A stretch of 64,000 nucleotides of DNA from Octopus vulgaris (lineage: Eukaryota): NCBI GenBank assembly GCA_951406725.2, contig OX597822.1, positions 85,436,001 through 85,500,000 on the forward strand, in the 5' to 3' direction. This document shows positions 36,985-51,054 of this stretch, one piece after another. Position 1 is the first letter of the stretch, and each line of letters starts with the position of its first letter. The notes beneath the pieces were generated by a model. That model searched no databases. It saw only the letters and a list, made by a program, of their open reading frames with translations, and was not told the origin of the DNA. Made by a program: the position numbers and the translations under genes.

Positions 36985-37405
36985 TCACACACACACACAC
37001 ATACACTCACACACATATACACTCACACACGCATACACACACACACACATACACTCACACACATATACACTCACACACATACACTCACACACACACTCAC
37101 ACACATACAATCTCTCTCTCTCTCACACACACACACACACTCACACATACACACACAGACACATACACTCAAACACACACACACTCAATAAAAACACACA
37201 CACATACACTCATACACGCAAACACTCACACACACACTCACACACACACTCACACACATACAATCTCTCCCTCTCTCTCTCACACACACACTCACACATA
37301 CACACACAGACACATACACTCAAACACACACACTCACACATACACACATACAGACACATACACTCAAAGACACACACACACACGCACACATACACACACA
37401 CACAA
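36985..37405. repeat. Cryptic (CA)n repeat
   Basis: Visible directly in the sequence. Confidence 0.92.
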
Positions 37406-37665
37406 GTACGGAAGAGTCGACCCAGCAGCTGCCCCTCCCCCACCACTCCACTGCATATCTCAACCTCAACTTTCTTCTACCGCCGCCACCACCGCCGGAT
37501 TCTAACCGATTCTTTGGAGCTGGGCCTTCTTCTTCTTCCTTTCTTTCTTTCTTCTTTCTCCCTTTCTTCTTTCTTTTCTTTTCTTTCTTCTTTGATTTCT
37601 TTCCTCCTTTCTTCGTTTGATAGTTTAACATACGTGTGTGTGAATATATCTTTATACACGCGCAC

Positions 37666-37726
<61 letters not shown>

Positions 37727-37929
37727 TATTCTCTGTGTGCGCACGCGCGCGTGCGTGTACAATTATTGTTGATGTTCTTGTCGTTGTAGCCTTTATTTTA
37801 TTATTTTCTCCTCGCCTCGCCTAAAGACAAAAAGAGGACGGCTTTTTAAAAACTGATAAAACCTGATAAACACCGCCCCTAATATCGCAGTGAAGAGGAT
37901 CACTGCAGGGGAAAGTGACGCAGAGCCGG

Positions 37930-37943
37930 CCACCAGGGGGCGC
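37930..37943 (+). promoter_or_regulatory. Consensus CTCF-binding motif
   Basis: CCACCAGGGGGCGC is an exact match to the canonical CTCF core, in unique DNA. Confidence 0.7.
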
Positions 37944-38058
37944 TTGATAGAGTCTTCTCGGTTGCCTGCTTGTTTGATCAGCTCTATCGCTCTCTTGTCA
38001 CTCTTGGAAATATATATGTTGACTTCTGTGTGCGGATGGGTGTAGATGCGGATGTATA

Positions 38059-38178
<120 letters not shown>

Positions 38179-38559
38179 TGTATAAATGAACTCGGTGATA
38201 GAAGGTGGAGTATATCGGATGTTATTAATGAGTGATTAAAAAGTCTGCTGTTGAACTTATAATTTCTGTCAAGACATCAACAATACCACAGAAATATCAT
38301 TCGTCATTTATTGCCATGTTTTATCTTTTTTTTTTCTGATTTATTTTCCTTTGCCAGTCTGCTGGGGTTTGTTTGTGGGGTGGTGGTTTCCTGTGGTTGT
38401 TGAGGTTACTGTTGTTTTAGAGATTTTTTTTGATTTTTTCTTCCTATGTGTGTGTGTATGTGCCTAAAAGATAAATGAGAATGGCGCGGAGATTAGATAT
38501 GTCTTGTGGTGGGAAATATTTCATTAACCAGTGAAATCACTCTCTAATAGAGCTTCGAT

Positions 38560-41000
38560 GCGCGCCTGTAATTATACTTGTCACAGGGGATACCTCATTG
38601 AGATTGCAGCCAAACCTCCCTCGCATAACACACTCCTATAAAGATCACGATTGGAACCGGTTATTTCAACCCCGCCTGACTTCGGGTTAAACAACGTGGT
38701 TAACATATGTACTTTTACCACTTTCAGCGGAGGAAAAGCAGGATGGCTGTAGGCGGTTGTACAGGGTACAAATCGCCTGATTTGGATGGTCTGCCCTTCG
38801 ATTTTTACCACCTTGTTCTAAGATTTCCAGACACACTCAGGTCTGTAGAAATTCCACTTTCGCGAGGGAGTGGAATATTGCTGGTGAGGAATGACTCGAA
38901 CAAAGATGATTTCATAGATTACTTATGGTTTATAACTCTATGAAATGTATAAATTTTAAATTTCTACTGAGTCGTTGATGAAAACGTTGGCATTTGTCGC
39001 AGATAATGTATTCGAGAAAGCGATGTGCGTTATCACGACAAGGTCTGTCCACATAAAGCCCATCTTCATCACAGAGTGGGTCGAAACCAAACCTGAATTC
39101 AGTCAGGCTTTGATTATTGAAATCAATAAAAAAAACAACTCTCGGCTGAATCAGCCCTCGTTATTTGAAGGCTGTCCTCGAAGCAACTGCTATGGTACTG
39201 TTTTCAGAGGCTGGTTCGAATCCATGCATAGTTGCATCTGTTCGATGGTCAGACGAAATTTCCATCTTACGAAACCGTTTTGTACCACATGCTCGGCCCC
39301 TGTATATGTGCTGCGTCTCGAAGTGTTTTCCATTCGAACTGGCGCACAGCAGAGCCGGGTCAACAAATGCAGATGGGATCAACGTAATGGCGTCGGACAC
39401 CACGAAAATGGAGGGGATTGGCAGCGTTCTAGAGAGGTATGTATTGGTATCATGCAGTTTGGGGCATGGACCGGTTCGGCACCTGGAGCAGCAAGTACGT
39501 GCCGTTGGACAGTGTAGTTAGGTATTGGACGAATGGTTCAGCTAATTTACTTGGGATCTGGTTCCATCGGGGTGGGGCGTTGTTACGAAGAAGGTAGTGC
39601 ATCACTCTTAGAAATATGCTGAGAAGCTATCCTTGAAAGATTAGACTGAGATGACTCCAATGATGAAGAAGCCTTGCACTACCAGCAACCTTTGCACAGA
39701 GGGCACGGTTTGTCAAGGCAGATGACGGGCATATATGCGCTGAGGCTCCATCTCTCACAAATATTTCAGAACAATAAACAGGAGTGGTCGCCCTTCGTCA
39801 ACACGTTTGTCCTTTAGCGTTCTATAGACGACAATCGGTAGTAAAGGGTGACGGCGTTTTCGGGGGAATTTTAAGTATCAATGAACTAGATGGTCTTTTC
39901 TGGACGACTTTTGGCCGGAGAACAATGATCAATTTCCAGAAATCACTGTTTTGGCAGTGCTATCGGGGAAACAGGTTCGAGACACACTCAATAGACATGA
40001 AAATACCATCAACTAGGACTGTTAAAGACGCAAACAGGGCGACGAAACGATTCTGCACGCACTAATCAGTGTTCAAGCATTGCTTACTTATGGAGTTTTA
40101 TGGAACAGCTGTTTGCATGTATAGAATGAAATGGACTGTCAGCCTTCGGCCAGATCGGGCAGATAGTTTTCCTTTAAGTGGTGGCTATGGATACGAATGA
40201 AAGGGCTCAAGACTGCATATTTCTATTTGGCAAACCTTTCATCGACTTTTTCAAGTCTCACTTGTGAAGGAAGTGGGAGTACTGCATCACCCTCATCCAT
40301 TCAGCAGTAAATTTATAGAAAGCTGGATGAAAGTAGCGAAATTGTCTCGAGTGAATGGGCCGGCTTTACGCTCACGCCTGAAGCTAGAAATGATAAATGA
40401 TAGAGAGAGAGGGCACTTATCGTTGGTACCTTTTGACCCTGGTGAAGATTAATGGTGGGGGAAAATGACGAAGTTTAAGGAAAACTCTGGGCATCGGCGA
40501 AAACCAAGAAGCAGTCTGTTCTGGACGACTTACTGTTCTGTGCTAGCGATAACTTCCAGAGATAGCTGAGTGCAGTGATACCGGGTGGCTCGAGATACAC
40601 TCTACATAACTTTTAAGCACCGTCAGCAGGGACTGTCCGATGGGCACAAGAGCGCCGAAACCTTAATACACTCATTCGGTGTCCAAACGATGATATTTAG
40701 AGATTTGTTGAACGTTTGTCACGTATAGAATGGACCCAGCTATTGTAAAGTTCTCACCGTCTTGTTTGGGTCAGGCAGAGCAGGTAGTTCTTGCTTTCTG
40801 GGTTGCGAAGTGGAAACAATTGAAAGGATTGAAGAAGACAGTCATGTTTGGCAAAACACTCAGCAACTTTTTGAAGTTTCATTTGGAGAGGAGCATAAGG
40901 GTCTAAAATGGAATGGGGTGATGTCCTTCAGTAAATGTATTGAAAGGATTGAAGTAAGAGTAGCGAGTAAAAAGTAAATGGTTTCATCAATATCGGCCTA
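38560..41000 (+). mobile_element. Decayed L1/Tx1-like LINE ORF2 fragments
   Basis: KSPDLDGLPFDFY (KSPGxDGxPxEFY motif), downstream RT-like fragments and FWTTFG...NFQKSLFWQCYRG near the C-terminal region; heavily frameshifted. Confidence 0.65.
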
Positions 41001-41249
41001 GAGACCGGATATAAACAGCTGGGAGGCGGCAGTATTTTCCTGTAGTGGTTAGCGTCATCCTAGATCTGTGGAGCTTCAGAGTTCAGCTTAAAGATGGCTT
41101 CCCTCCTGTTGGCACAACCTTGGCACTTTATAATCTCTTATTACTGTTAGCTAATTCTTTTTACTTACTCAATTTAAACACCCATTCTTTTTCTATCCTG
41201 TTCCTTATGCTGTCATCGACACCTTGAAACCTTGAGGCCAAAATATAAA

Positions 41250-41303
<54 letters not shown>

Positions 41304-41304
41304 G

Positions 41305-41510
41305 AGGTCACGAACTGGCAGAATTATAAGCGCATCGAACAAAATGTTTAACGGCACATTTTCCAGCTCTCTACGGTCTGACTTCCGCCGAGGCCGATTT
41401 TGTCTTTCAGTCTTTCGAGGTTAATAAAATAAGTACCAGCGAGCACTGGGATCGATGTAATTGATTTACCCCTCCCCTCAAAATTGTTGACCTTGTGCCA
41501 GAATTAGAAT
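41305..41510 (+). mobile_element. SINE family B, old copy
   Basis: CTGGCAGAATT...CCGCCGAGGCCGATTTTGTCTTTC...AATAAGTACCAG. Confidence 0.7.
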
Positions 41511-42855
41511 TATCGTTGTTGTTACGTTTTTGAGGAGAACAGATATATTTAGACATAGATCCGGATAACCTTGTTTATTGAAAGGGAGAAATCATTTCTT
41601 GGGTTATTATCCGTGGGTTATTATCCATTGGTTATCGATTCACTTCACCTTGGAGTGTCAAAAACAAAAGGCTTGTCGTTTGGAAATTTTTTTTATATTC
41701 TATTTTGAAAATCTTCTCTTCCTTGTATTTCAAAATTCTTTCTTTGTTTGGCTTACATATTCCCAGGAATTTTTAATAAGCTTTCGAAAATTCTAAAAAC
41801 ACACACATGAATTTAAATAAACAAATTGAATAAACTAGATGTAAAAAGAAATGTAAGCGCAAACGGCAACTAACAATGTTGATGACAACAAAAGATAGTA
41901 ATTCTTCTTCTAATGGTACCCGCCAAAAAGTAATCCTGATGATGAGTGAACTCTAAGAAAACAAATATTTGGCAAGAATTTAACGAAATCTTCTTCCTCT
42001 TTGCCTGATGATTTTATTGTAGAAAGGGCCAGGAGAGAAGGAACATAACGGTGGTTATAAAAGGCAGAGTAGTTTTCAGTATGCCCTCAAATAACCAACT
42101 GAAAAGATCTTAGCTGATATTCGGGATATTGCAGTTTTCAACGATCAAGGAAGGACATATGAGATTATATGCTTGGTCTTCACATCGAATTCAAAGCAAG
42201 GTTGCCGGCCAAGCTGGAGCACGTGCTTCAAAATTCGTGCTGTTGTAGGCGAGTAAGCGAGAGAGAAGGACTACAACGAGAGATGTCAGCAATGATTTCA
42301 GCAATGATTTCGGTGCTAGCTGTACGATTGTTCCGTTTTCATATTAAGGGGTACTCGAGGTTATTGCAATACCTGCACTTTCTCGTGTAGACTAAGATGA
42401 CAGTTAAGAAGTTTGTCGATAATAACCCCAACCTGTACTGGACATGTCATTTCTATGTCCCCAGAGCTTCTATATGAAATAAACCAAGGAGCTAGAGTTT
42501 TTTTCTGTTACTGCACCTAAAGACATATATATTCTAAATAAACCGTATCTTGATGTCATTAGCTGTAAGTCCCCTGAAATTTCAAGTAATACCATCAGAT
42601 GGAGTGCATATTGCTCGAGGGATCAATGCTTAGAATGCCAGAATCTCCTCAATTAAGAGAAAGATTAATGTCAGGAATTGGCAACCGATTCCACTACTTT
42701 ATCCGAAATAATAGAAATGAGTTTTCCCAAACATTGAATGTCAACCAACCATATTTCGAAGCTGTGACTGCCTCAGTGGCCGACAGATCAGATATTTGTT
42801 GCATATGTGACACTTTAAGTAATGCATATATGAGTCAAAACTCTTAATGCAAATA

Positions 42856-43079
42856 CAGTGATCCCTCGCCATATCGCGGTTCACCTATCGCGGTTTATTA
42901 TTTGAGCTTACGTCGATTCCTCCATGGTGTTGTTTTGCATTTATGATAAAATAGATATGCACAAATTATCAAAATAATTTTTTTTAAATATACACTACAG
43001 TACTGCTTCTACTTCGCGGATTTTCACCTATTGCGGGATGTTTTGGAACGTAACACCCGCGATAGTCGAGGGATTACTG
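42856..43079. mobile_element. Tc1/mariner (pogo/Tigger-like) MITE, 224 bp
   Basis: TIRs CAGTGATCCCTCGCCATATCGCGG and CCGCGATAGTCGAGGGATTACTG, with TA target duplications at 42854-55 and 43080-81. Confidence 0.88.
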
Positions 43080-43084
43080 TATAC

Positions 43085-43131
<47 letters not shown>

Positions 43132-43779
43132 TGTTCCACAATCTAATAATTGATAAGACGAAATTTTAATCAATGACACAAAACCAGACATGCGTAAATC
43201 AAGAGACAAAAAGAAACCTGCGTCTCTTAGACGGATTATTATTGTCAACCATCCATCAAAGACTCGTCATTTGTTCTACTAATGGATTCTGTTGAAGCCA
43301 ACGATTAAACCGTTTATTAAAAATACCAAAGTTTTAATTTTAAAAACAAAGCAAACATTTTAAATTCAAATTTTGATATGGTTTGATAAAGAATTTATAT
43401 GGCTTAGCGCATCATGTTAGAAGAATTCTTCCCATCTCGCCCGAAGTTGGTCTCAGCTGCCATTTCGCAACTGTGACACAACCTCTTGAAATGATGATAA
43501 TATTAATGAAGCAAAAATTTATGTTGTATGGTATTTAATATATCTCTATTGGTTTATGCTGTTCAAATTCATGTTACTGACCATTATGAGTTGTTTTTCT
43601 TGGATTATTTTTTTAAATGTTTTACAAATTAGCATCACCATTGTTTTCTTTTTTTTTTTTTTGTATATGTCTAAGTTACTTGGCTGCTGGAAATAAAGGG
43701 GGTCGATTGTCGTGTTGATAACACACTCAATTCATTAATACAAGAGATTGTGGGACAGTTGGTGTTTGGGCATATGTAT

Positions 43780-43985
43780 GTACGTGTCTGTGTTTGTCCC
43801 CAACCACCACTTGATAATCGGTGTTGGTTTATTTACGTCTCCGTAACTTAGAGGTTTGACAAAAGAGAACCGATAGAATAAGCACCAGATTTTAAAATAA
43901 AAACTGGAGCCGATCTGTTCACATAAAACCATCCAAGGCAGTGCCCTAGCATGGGCGCAGTCCAATGGCTGAGACAAGTTAAGGC
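43780..43985 (+). mobile_element. SINE family A 3' part
   Basis: CTGTGTTTGTCCC...TTTACGTCTCCGTAACTTAG...CGATAGAATAAG. Confidence 0.75.
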
Positions 43986-44858
43986 GAAAGAAAGAAAGAA
44001 AGAAAAAAGAAGGAAAGTAAGAAAAAAAGAAAGAAAACATGAATGAGTGGAGAGGGGGAGGGTTGGGTGGTATAGAAAAGCTGGGGAGAGGAGAAACGGT
44101 AAATGGCGTAAGGAATGAAAGCTGGGGAAACAATATGAAAGAATTCAGTCACTTTTTATGATTTCTTTTTTTTTTATCAGTCTTTCATTCATTCATTCAT
44201 GAATCATTTCATTTATTCTGTCAATGAAAGAAAACAAATAAAAGAAGACGAGGAAGAATGACAGAGAGAAAAAAGAAAAAAAGAAAATGCTGAGAGTGAC
44301 TTGTGAATACAGCATTGGAAGAAATGTTTGTTAATATGATTTAATGATAGCAAACACAAACCAGAAGGACACGGAACGAACAACAACAACAACAACAACA
44401 GCAACAACAACAACAGCAACAACAACAACAACAACAACAACAGAAGTAGCAGTAGTAGCAAAACCAAGAATATAACATTAAAACAAGATTTGAAAAAATA
44501 TACAAAAAAAAAAGAGATGAAATTGTTTAAAAAAAACAACAACATAAAATGGCAGCCAACGACTACGTAATGATCGGAGATTGTAAACCAGTGACACAAT
44601 CAGTCCACGTGATTAGAATGGCAGAAACGGTGCTTATTACGGCTAACTGACTTCTTAAAACATTCAGGCTTTTAGTTAAGAGAGAGAGAGGGGGGGGACA
44701 AGGCGAGTTTCATTGTTATCTGTCATTATATCTGTGGCCTTTTGGACTTGTGAAGCCAAACTTAAGAAGAATGGAAGCTGAAGTGGAATAGGATGGTTTA
44801 AGTGATGCCTTAAAAGCGTTGTTATTATTGTTGTTGCTGCTGCTGTTTTTCTTGTTCT

Positions 44859-44892
<34 letters not shown>

Positions 44893-45399
44893 ATTGTCGT
44901 TCCTTAGTCCCAAGTTCAGCCCCGACCAAGCAGTTCAATGAACGAAAAGTGTTCCAGGTATGGCCATCTCATCTTTCTGTATACCTTGGACGACACTATA
45001 TTCAATAGGGCCATCTTTAATAAGAGAATACAGTGTATAATTTGAGGAAATTTGGCTGCTATATTTTGAAGGATGAGCAACTGCATAAAAACGCCCGGGC
45101 TGGAGTGTTCGTTCCCTTGCTAGAAGCGATGTGACTTCGGTGGAATGCTATAAATTGATAACTATTTGAAGGTAGAAAACAGACGCGGCATCGAGAACCG
45201 ATCCTTATTTCATGTCCATTGCATGCTATAGTTGTTAGACATTCCTATACTAAACCTTGGAATTCCATAGATTTCATCGACCGGTGACAATACAATACAT
45301 CGGGAAATAATCAATAAACTTAGAATGATCAAAAAATATTTATAGCATTTGAAAAAACTTCTATAAAACTTTCGAAGAATTTCAAAGACCTCCACTCTG

Positions 45400-46490
45400 T
45401 AAGAGAATAATATGTTTGCTGTGTAAACTTCAATTATTTATCAGGAACAACATAAAGATCAATTATTCCACATCACCCTCTATAATCAAAATTATTTCGT
45501 TACGTAATAGTACGTTTATTTTCCCCCTTTTTATGGACAATATTATCAGTAAAAAACCATGTTGGAACGAAAGCCTAATGGCTTTCTGGAGCCGACACAC
45601 ACAGAAATAAAATCATAACCATCTTCTAAAGTATTAACCACAAGATAACCATAGAAACCAGCATGTTTCTACGTTACTGATATAAACCGAACCTCCACCT
45701 TCTGTATATACTTGCAGACAGGAATCATCCTCTAAATGTTATTAAGCAAATAGCTGTAATAATAAGTAAACGTATCCACAGTCTCTACATTGTCAAATCA
45801 ATTTTTTTGACAGGGAGGAGAACATTTACAACCAAGAAGCTTTAAAATACAATAGCATATTAGCTCACCTACCACAACGTACGAAAATCATGCATAAAAG
45901 GGAGAAATGCAATCTCGTTCAATCCACCGTTCACCAAAAATGTTATAGTCTCTACAGCTAAATAATTTCCTCCACCCAAACAAAAAGTTCTACCAGTAAA
46001 AGAACACATTTCATAAATTATTCAACAAGCAACATACAAAAGCCAATTTTTACCCCAATACTCTCATTACATAACTACATAATTCTTCAAAACAAAACAA
46101 AGAAAAGATAACTGAATCGTTTTCCGTGAATAAGAAGTGGATTATTAATGCACTGTGTATCAGACTACTACAACTGACAAAAAAAAAAAAAAGAAAAAAA
46201 CAGTAGTACTGTGTTTTTTTATTGATCTGATAGTAAATTTATTCAGAGCTGATTACACCTCACGACTTCTTTTCAACATCGTCGCAAAGTAAACTCTACC
46301 GCCTCCTCAAAGTACATTTGGCAAAAAGAAGAAGGAGGTGAGTTTACCCACATTGTGTGGTCTATCTAGAACCGAGCTGTTCCATATAATCATAATCTTT
46401 GTGCAATTTATGTATGACTGAGAAATGCCACATTACAAACCATCCCATAATACTAAAGAACAGAAAGTCAAATCTAATAGAGACTAGCAG
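45400..46490 (+). mobile_element. Decayed PLE (RT thumb/linker + GIY-YIG)
   Basis: NHPLNVIKQI, FNPPFTKNV, HKLFNK, FIRNNIKINYS, SFQHRRKVNSTASSKYIWQ and CNLCMTEKCHI motifs across frames. Confidence 0.8.
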
Positions 46491-46641
46491 ATACAATATT
46501 TATTTTTACTATCTTTTTTTTCTAGACTACAAAGAGTGTGCGGGTGACGTTATACATCATGTGACAGGCCGCCATCTTGTCTTTTACCGCAACAACAAGA
46601 ATAGATTCCGCTTGACATCGCTGTCGCAATTCCTGAACATG

Positions 46642-47678
46642 GATCTATTCCATCTCAATCACAGATTTTTTCATTAATTTTTTTTTAACTAAACAGTTTG
46701 AAATTTCGAATACTGGTAGAATTTCGAATACTGGTAGAACACGCTTTACTCTGAACAGTTTTTACAAAATTTCCTATTTTAGAAGTATTTCGTGTTAAAG
46801 TTGTTGTATTTGGGTAATATCAACCAATCAGCGACGTGTATTCGGTTGTAGAAAAGTACTGCTGTTTACGAGAAACAACTTCCGGGTCATCTCTACTAAA
46901 TGTCGTCACTCTGTTCGAACAATAAGCACCAAAAGGGAAGAAATATTATTTACATATATTTATTCGTTTGGCCGACATCGGTGTTTTATCCACACATAAA
47001 GCGGGCCAGTGTTTAAAAGACCTATATAGCTACGAGTTCGCAGCAAGCTTTTTTGTTGTTGACGTATATGTAGTTTCAAAATGCTTTATTTTACAACTAT
47101 GAGATGTATTGTTATTGCTATGATTTTATCTTACCATAATCAACAACAAACGAAACATATTTCGTCAATATAAAAGTCTTTATTAAATAAAAAATAACAT
47201 TATCAAAACATAAAGGTAAAACAAAACAACTAGTGGCTATACACCGGAAAATACAGTAATTGTAGCGACAAGTTTGCTCATTGGTTGCTAGTTCATAGTG
47301 TAGAAGGGAGGGAAAGAGTAAGGAATGCACGGTGCTGATTAGAAAGGGAGAGCGGATAAAGGTGGCATCATCTTCGCTCGCCATACGAATAGCACAGAGT
47401 GGTGACATTTAGTAGAGATGACCCGGAAGTTGTTCCTTTTCGATTGTTATTGCAAACAGCAATAGCTTTCTTCAACCGAATATACGTAATTGATTGGCTG
47501 AAATTACCCAAATACGACAACAACTTTAACACGAAATATCTTCTAAAATACGAAATTTTGTCAAAAATGTTCACAGTAAACCGTGTTCTACGTGAGAAAT
47601 TCTACCAGTATTCGAAGTTTCAAACAGTTTAAATAAAAAAATAAATTTAAAAATCTGTGATTGAGATGGAAGAGAACA
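46642..47678. mobile_element. Non-autonomous DNA transposon with about 270-bp terminal inverted repeats
   Basis: 46642-46916 is the imperfect reverse complement of 47394-47678 (e.g. AACTTCCGGGTCATCTCTACTAAATGTC / GACATTTAGTAGAGATGACCCGGAAGTT). Confidence 0.85.
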
Positions 47679-47694
47679 TTACCGTGAAATAGGC

Positions 47695-47743
<49 letters not shown>

Positions 47744-47924
47744 TGTGTGTGTGTGCGTGCGTGCGTGTATGTATGTATGTATGCATGCTTGTATACGTAT
47801 GTATACGTATATATGCATGTATGCGTATGTATGCATATAGTATGTATATGTATGTATGCATGTATGTATGTATGTATGTATATATCTGTATGTGTGTGTG
47901 TGTGTTCTATTTTTTTAATTATTA

Positions 47925-48192
47925 TAAACCTTCCACTGAGGAGGGAGCCGGTTTCCCACAAAGATACAAGGCTCCATCTTTGGGATGTAGTTAACACAGA
48001 TGAATTCACATTTGGAACTTGAGAAAAGTCTTCCATATTTTTTCTGTTCCACTCACAGATTGCACTTGTACTGTACGAATCAGCCGGTCGATTGCTCTTT
48101 CTGAAAATCCCAGTTTATCCAGCTTCTCCTTTAAGCATTTACTAACAAAACCTAGTGCTCCAATTATTATCGGTATGAATATGAATTCATAG
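47925..48192 (-). mobile_element. 3' end of a restriction-like-endonuclease LINE (R4-like)
   Basis: YEFIFIPIIIGALGFVSKCLKEKLDKLGF...SVSGTEKIWKTFLKF, then a short UTR and A-rich tail. Confidence 0.75.
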
Positions 48193-48480
48193 TATGTATG
48201 TATGTATGTATGTATGTATGTATGTATGTATGTATGTATGTATGTATGTATGTATGTATGTATGTGTGTGTGTATGTATGTATGTATGTATGTATGTATG
48301 TATGTATGTATGTATGTATGTATGTATGCGTGTGCGTGTGTGTGTGTGTGTGGTCGTTGCACCTATACATATTGATATGCTAGACCGAAACCAATATTAA
48401 AAACACATTTCACCAATTAACAAATCTTCAATCAATCTCCAACTTAATTAATTCACGGTTCCCCAGTCCTTTCTACGACG

Positions 48481-48650
48481 TAGGCGCAGAAGCGGCTGTG
48501 TGGTAAGAAACTTGCTTCTCAACCACATGGTTCCGGGTTCATTCCCACTGCGTGTTACTCTGGACAAGTGTTTTCTAACATAGCCTCTGACCGATCAAAG
48601 TCTTGTGAATAGATTTGGAAGACAGAAACTGAAAGGAGCCTCTCGTATAT
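48481..48650 (+). mobile_element. SINE family A (5' part)
   Basis: GGCGCAGAAGCGGCTGTGTGGTAAG...GGTTCCGGGTTCATTCCC. Confidence 0.82.
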
Positions 48651-48669
48651 ACATGTATGTGCGTGCATG

Positions 48670-48784
<115 letters not shown>

Positions 48785-48831
48785 ATTTGTGTAAAAGAAA
48801 CAGTGTTTGAATTCTCGAACCACAGTTTTAC

Positions 48832-48889
48832 CTTTTCCTTTCCAACCCACAAAGGCTTTCGACGTCCGAGTTTTCCGAAGATTTGTTTT
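48832..48889 (-). other. Candidate 58-nt internal exon
   Basis: Acceptor TTTCTATTCTTTTACTTTCCAACAG| and donor AAG|GTAAAA; all three frames are open. Confidence 0.3.
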
Positions 48890-49189
48890 CTGTTGGAAAG
48901 TAAAAGAATAGAAATTACTGGAAATGGTGCTGCGTGTGTACATCGCCATTTGTCTTCGATTGTGTTTCTGGAGTGATATCGTCTTTGAAATTCTCCAGGA
49001 AGTATTTGGGTTTGTCTCAGCAACTCGAAGTTGAACGGGAAAATTTCGCATGAATAATACGGATGTGCACCAAGATAGTTCCATTAGATAGATGTCACTG
49101 TAGTAACGGACAAAGAAATTGTGATCTTATAGCTGAAGCCTGTAGATGAGCCAGGATGCAGTTATCACAAATGTTTGCAGAGCAAAGGA

Positions 49190-49560
49190 ACATAAATATA
49201 TAATTTGTCGATATGTCAAACTTCGCCCCCTAAAAGACAAATTCCTTAAAAAGCATCATTTATCGCGTTTATGGTTCCATCAGACACGCGTCAACAAATA
49301 ACATATGGCATACAGTGCCCCACTTCAAAGATCGCTGCATCACATCACTTCCGAGATACATTAGGAAATCGAAAAACAAAGGAGGATAACATCATCGCAA
49401 GAACGGGGTTAGACAATGCACATCAATTTAGGAATATACCAAAGTGTTGTATCACATGTCTTACGGAGAAATACCACATCAGCTGCCATCATACCCCAAT
49501 TTTTAATTTCAAGCTAGTCATGTCAAAATTGCTTTTCATGATTTCAAAGAGTTTACTTGA
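49190..49560 (+). mobile_element. PLE GIY-YIG remnant
   Basis: CCITCLTEKYHI motif and an upstream degenerate CPL-linker region. Confidence 0.55.
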
Positions 49561-49801
49561 CCCTTAACAGAAGACAATTGACAGCCGAACATCTGCCCTG
49601 CTTTTATTGTCTAGAGGAATTTATTTTTGATTCTTGCCAACACAATGACGGTCGATCAAACTGACCGAGCGAGACTCTACTTAAGGTTCGTATTCCCAGT
49701 TAATTCCACTTGCTCCCAGCATGAAGTTATATTGAGCTGTTTTATATTTTTGTACCACAAAAGGAAATACACACACATACATCTACCTATGTATGTGTGT
49801 G

Positions 49802-49855
<54 letters not shown>

Positions 49856-49858
<3 letters not shown>

Positions 49859-50190
49859 CCCCCTTCGGTCATGAATGACCATGGGATTGCACCTAGAAAG
49901 TTACCCTCCTAGACACAAGTCCGGGCAAAGTTGTTTCTGGAAGACCAGCAGTCGCCCATGCATACCAGACTCCCCTGTCCACGCCACCAGTGTTATCCAA
50001 GGGAAAGACAAAGGTCGATACAGCTTGAAACCAGTCACGTCGCAACTCATTTCTACAGCTGAGTGAACTGGAGCAACGTGAAATAAAGTGCTTTGCTCAA
50101 GAACACAACACGCAGCCCGGTCCGGGATTCGAGCTCACAACCTCACGATCGTAAGCTCGACGCTCTAACCACTGAGCCATGCGCCTTCAC
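49856..50190 (-). mobile_element. SINE family C, near full length, between (TA)n tracts
   Basis: Matches 18320-18650. Confidence 0.88.
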
Positions 50191-50196
50191 TATTAG

Positions 50197-50367
<171 letters not shown>

Positions 50368-50557
50368 TTTGGCAACAGGCCAACAATTTCGTGAGAGAGG
50401 GTAAGTCGATCACAGCGACCCCAGTGCTCATTTTATCGACCCCATAGGATGAAAGGCAAAGTCAACCCCCGCGGCATTTGAGCTCAGAACATGAAATCGG
50501 GAAAAATGCCGTTAACCATTTTGTCCGGTGCGGTAACGATTCTGACAGCTCGCGTTT

Positions 50558-50596
<39 letters not shown>

Positions 50597-50941
50597 TATA
50601 TACATATATATACCCAGGTGGGGGTGGTAGAGGCGGTCCACCCCCGGCGGTACATTTAATGGGGCACCACTTTTGGGTCTGCTGTAGGCGATATGTGCTT
50701 TTTGTGGGATCGAGGGGACGGCACACACTCTAGCTAGGCTAGTGATATAAATATATATGTGTGTGTGTGGAAATTAAGGATGTATGGTTGTATTTGTGTG
50801 AGTGTACATACATATATATGCGTACATATATATATGTAAGCATATCTATCTATATATATATATATATATATATATACATACACACTCACACACACATATA
50901 TGTGTGTATGTGCGTGTGTGTGTGAGCGCGCACATGTTGAT

Positions 50942-51054
<113 letters not shown>

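Noticed and set aside
41936-41972. CTGATGA-TGAGTGAACTCTAA-GAAA hammerhead-like motif
   Set aside because: No UH cleavage triplet after the palindrome and no helix I.
50100-50190. tRNA genes at SINE heads (also 10.9k, 18.6k, 55.5k, 56.5k)
   Set aside because: A/B boxes are present but continue into SINE bodies; no complete acceptor stem or cloverleaf.
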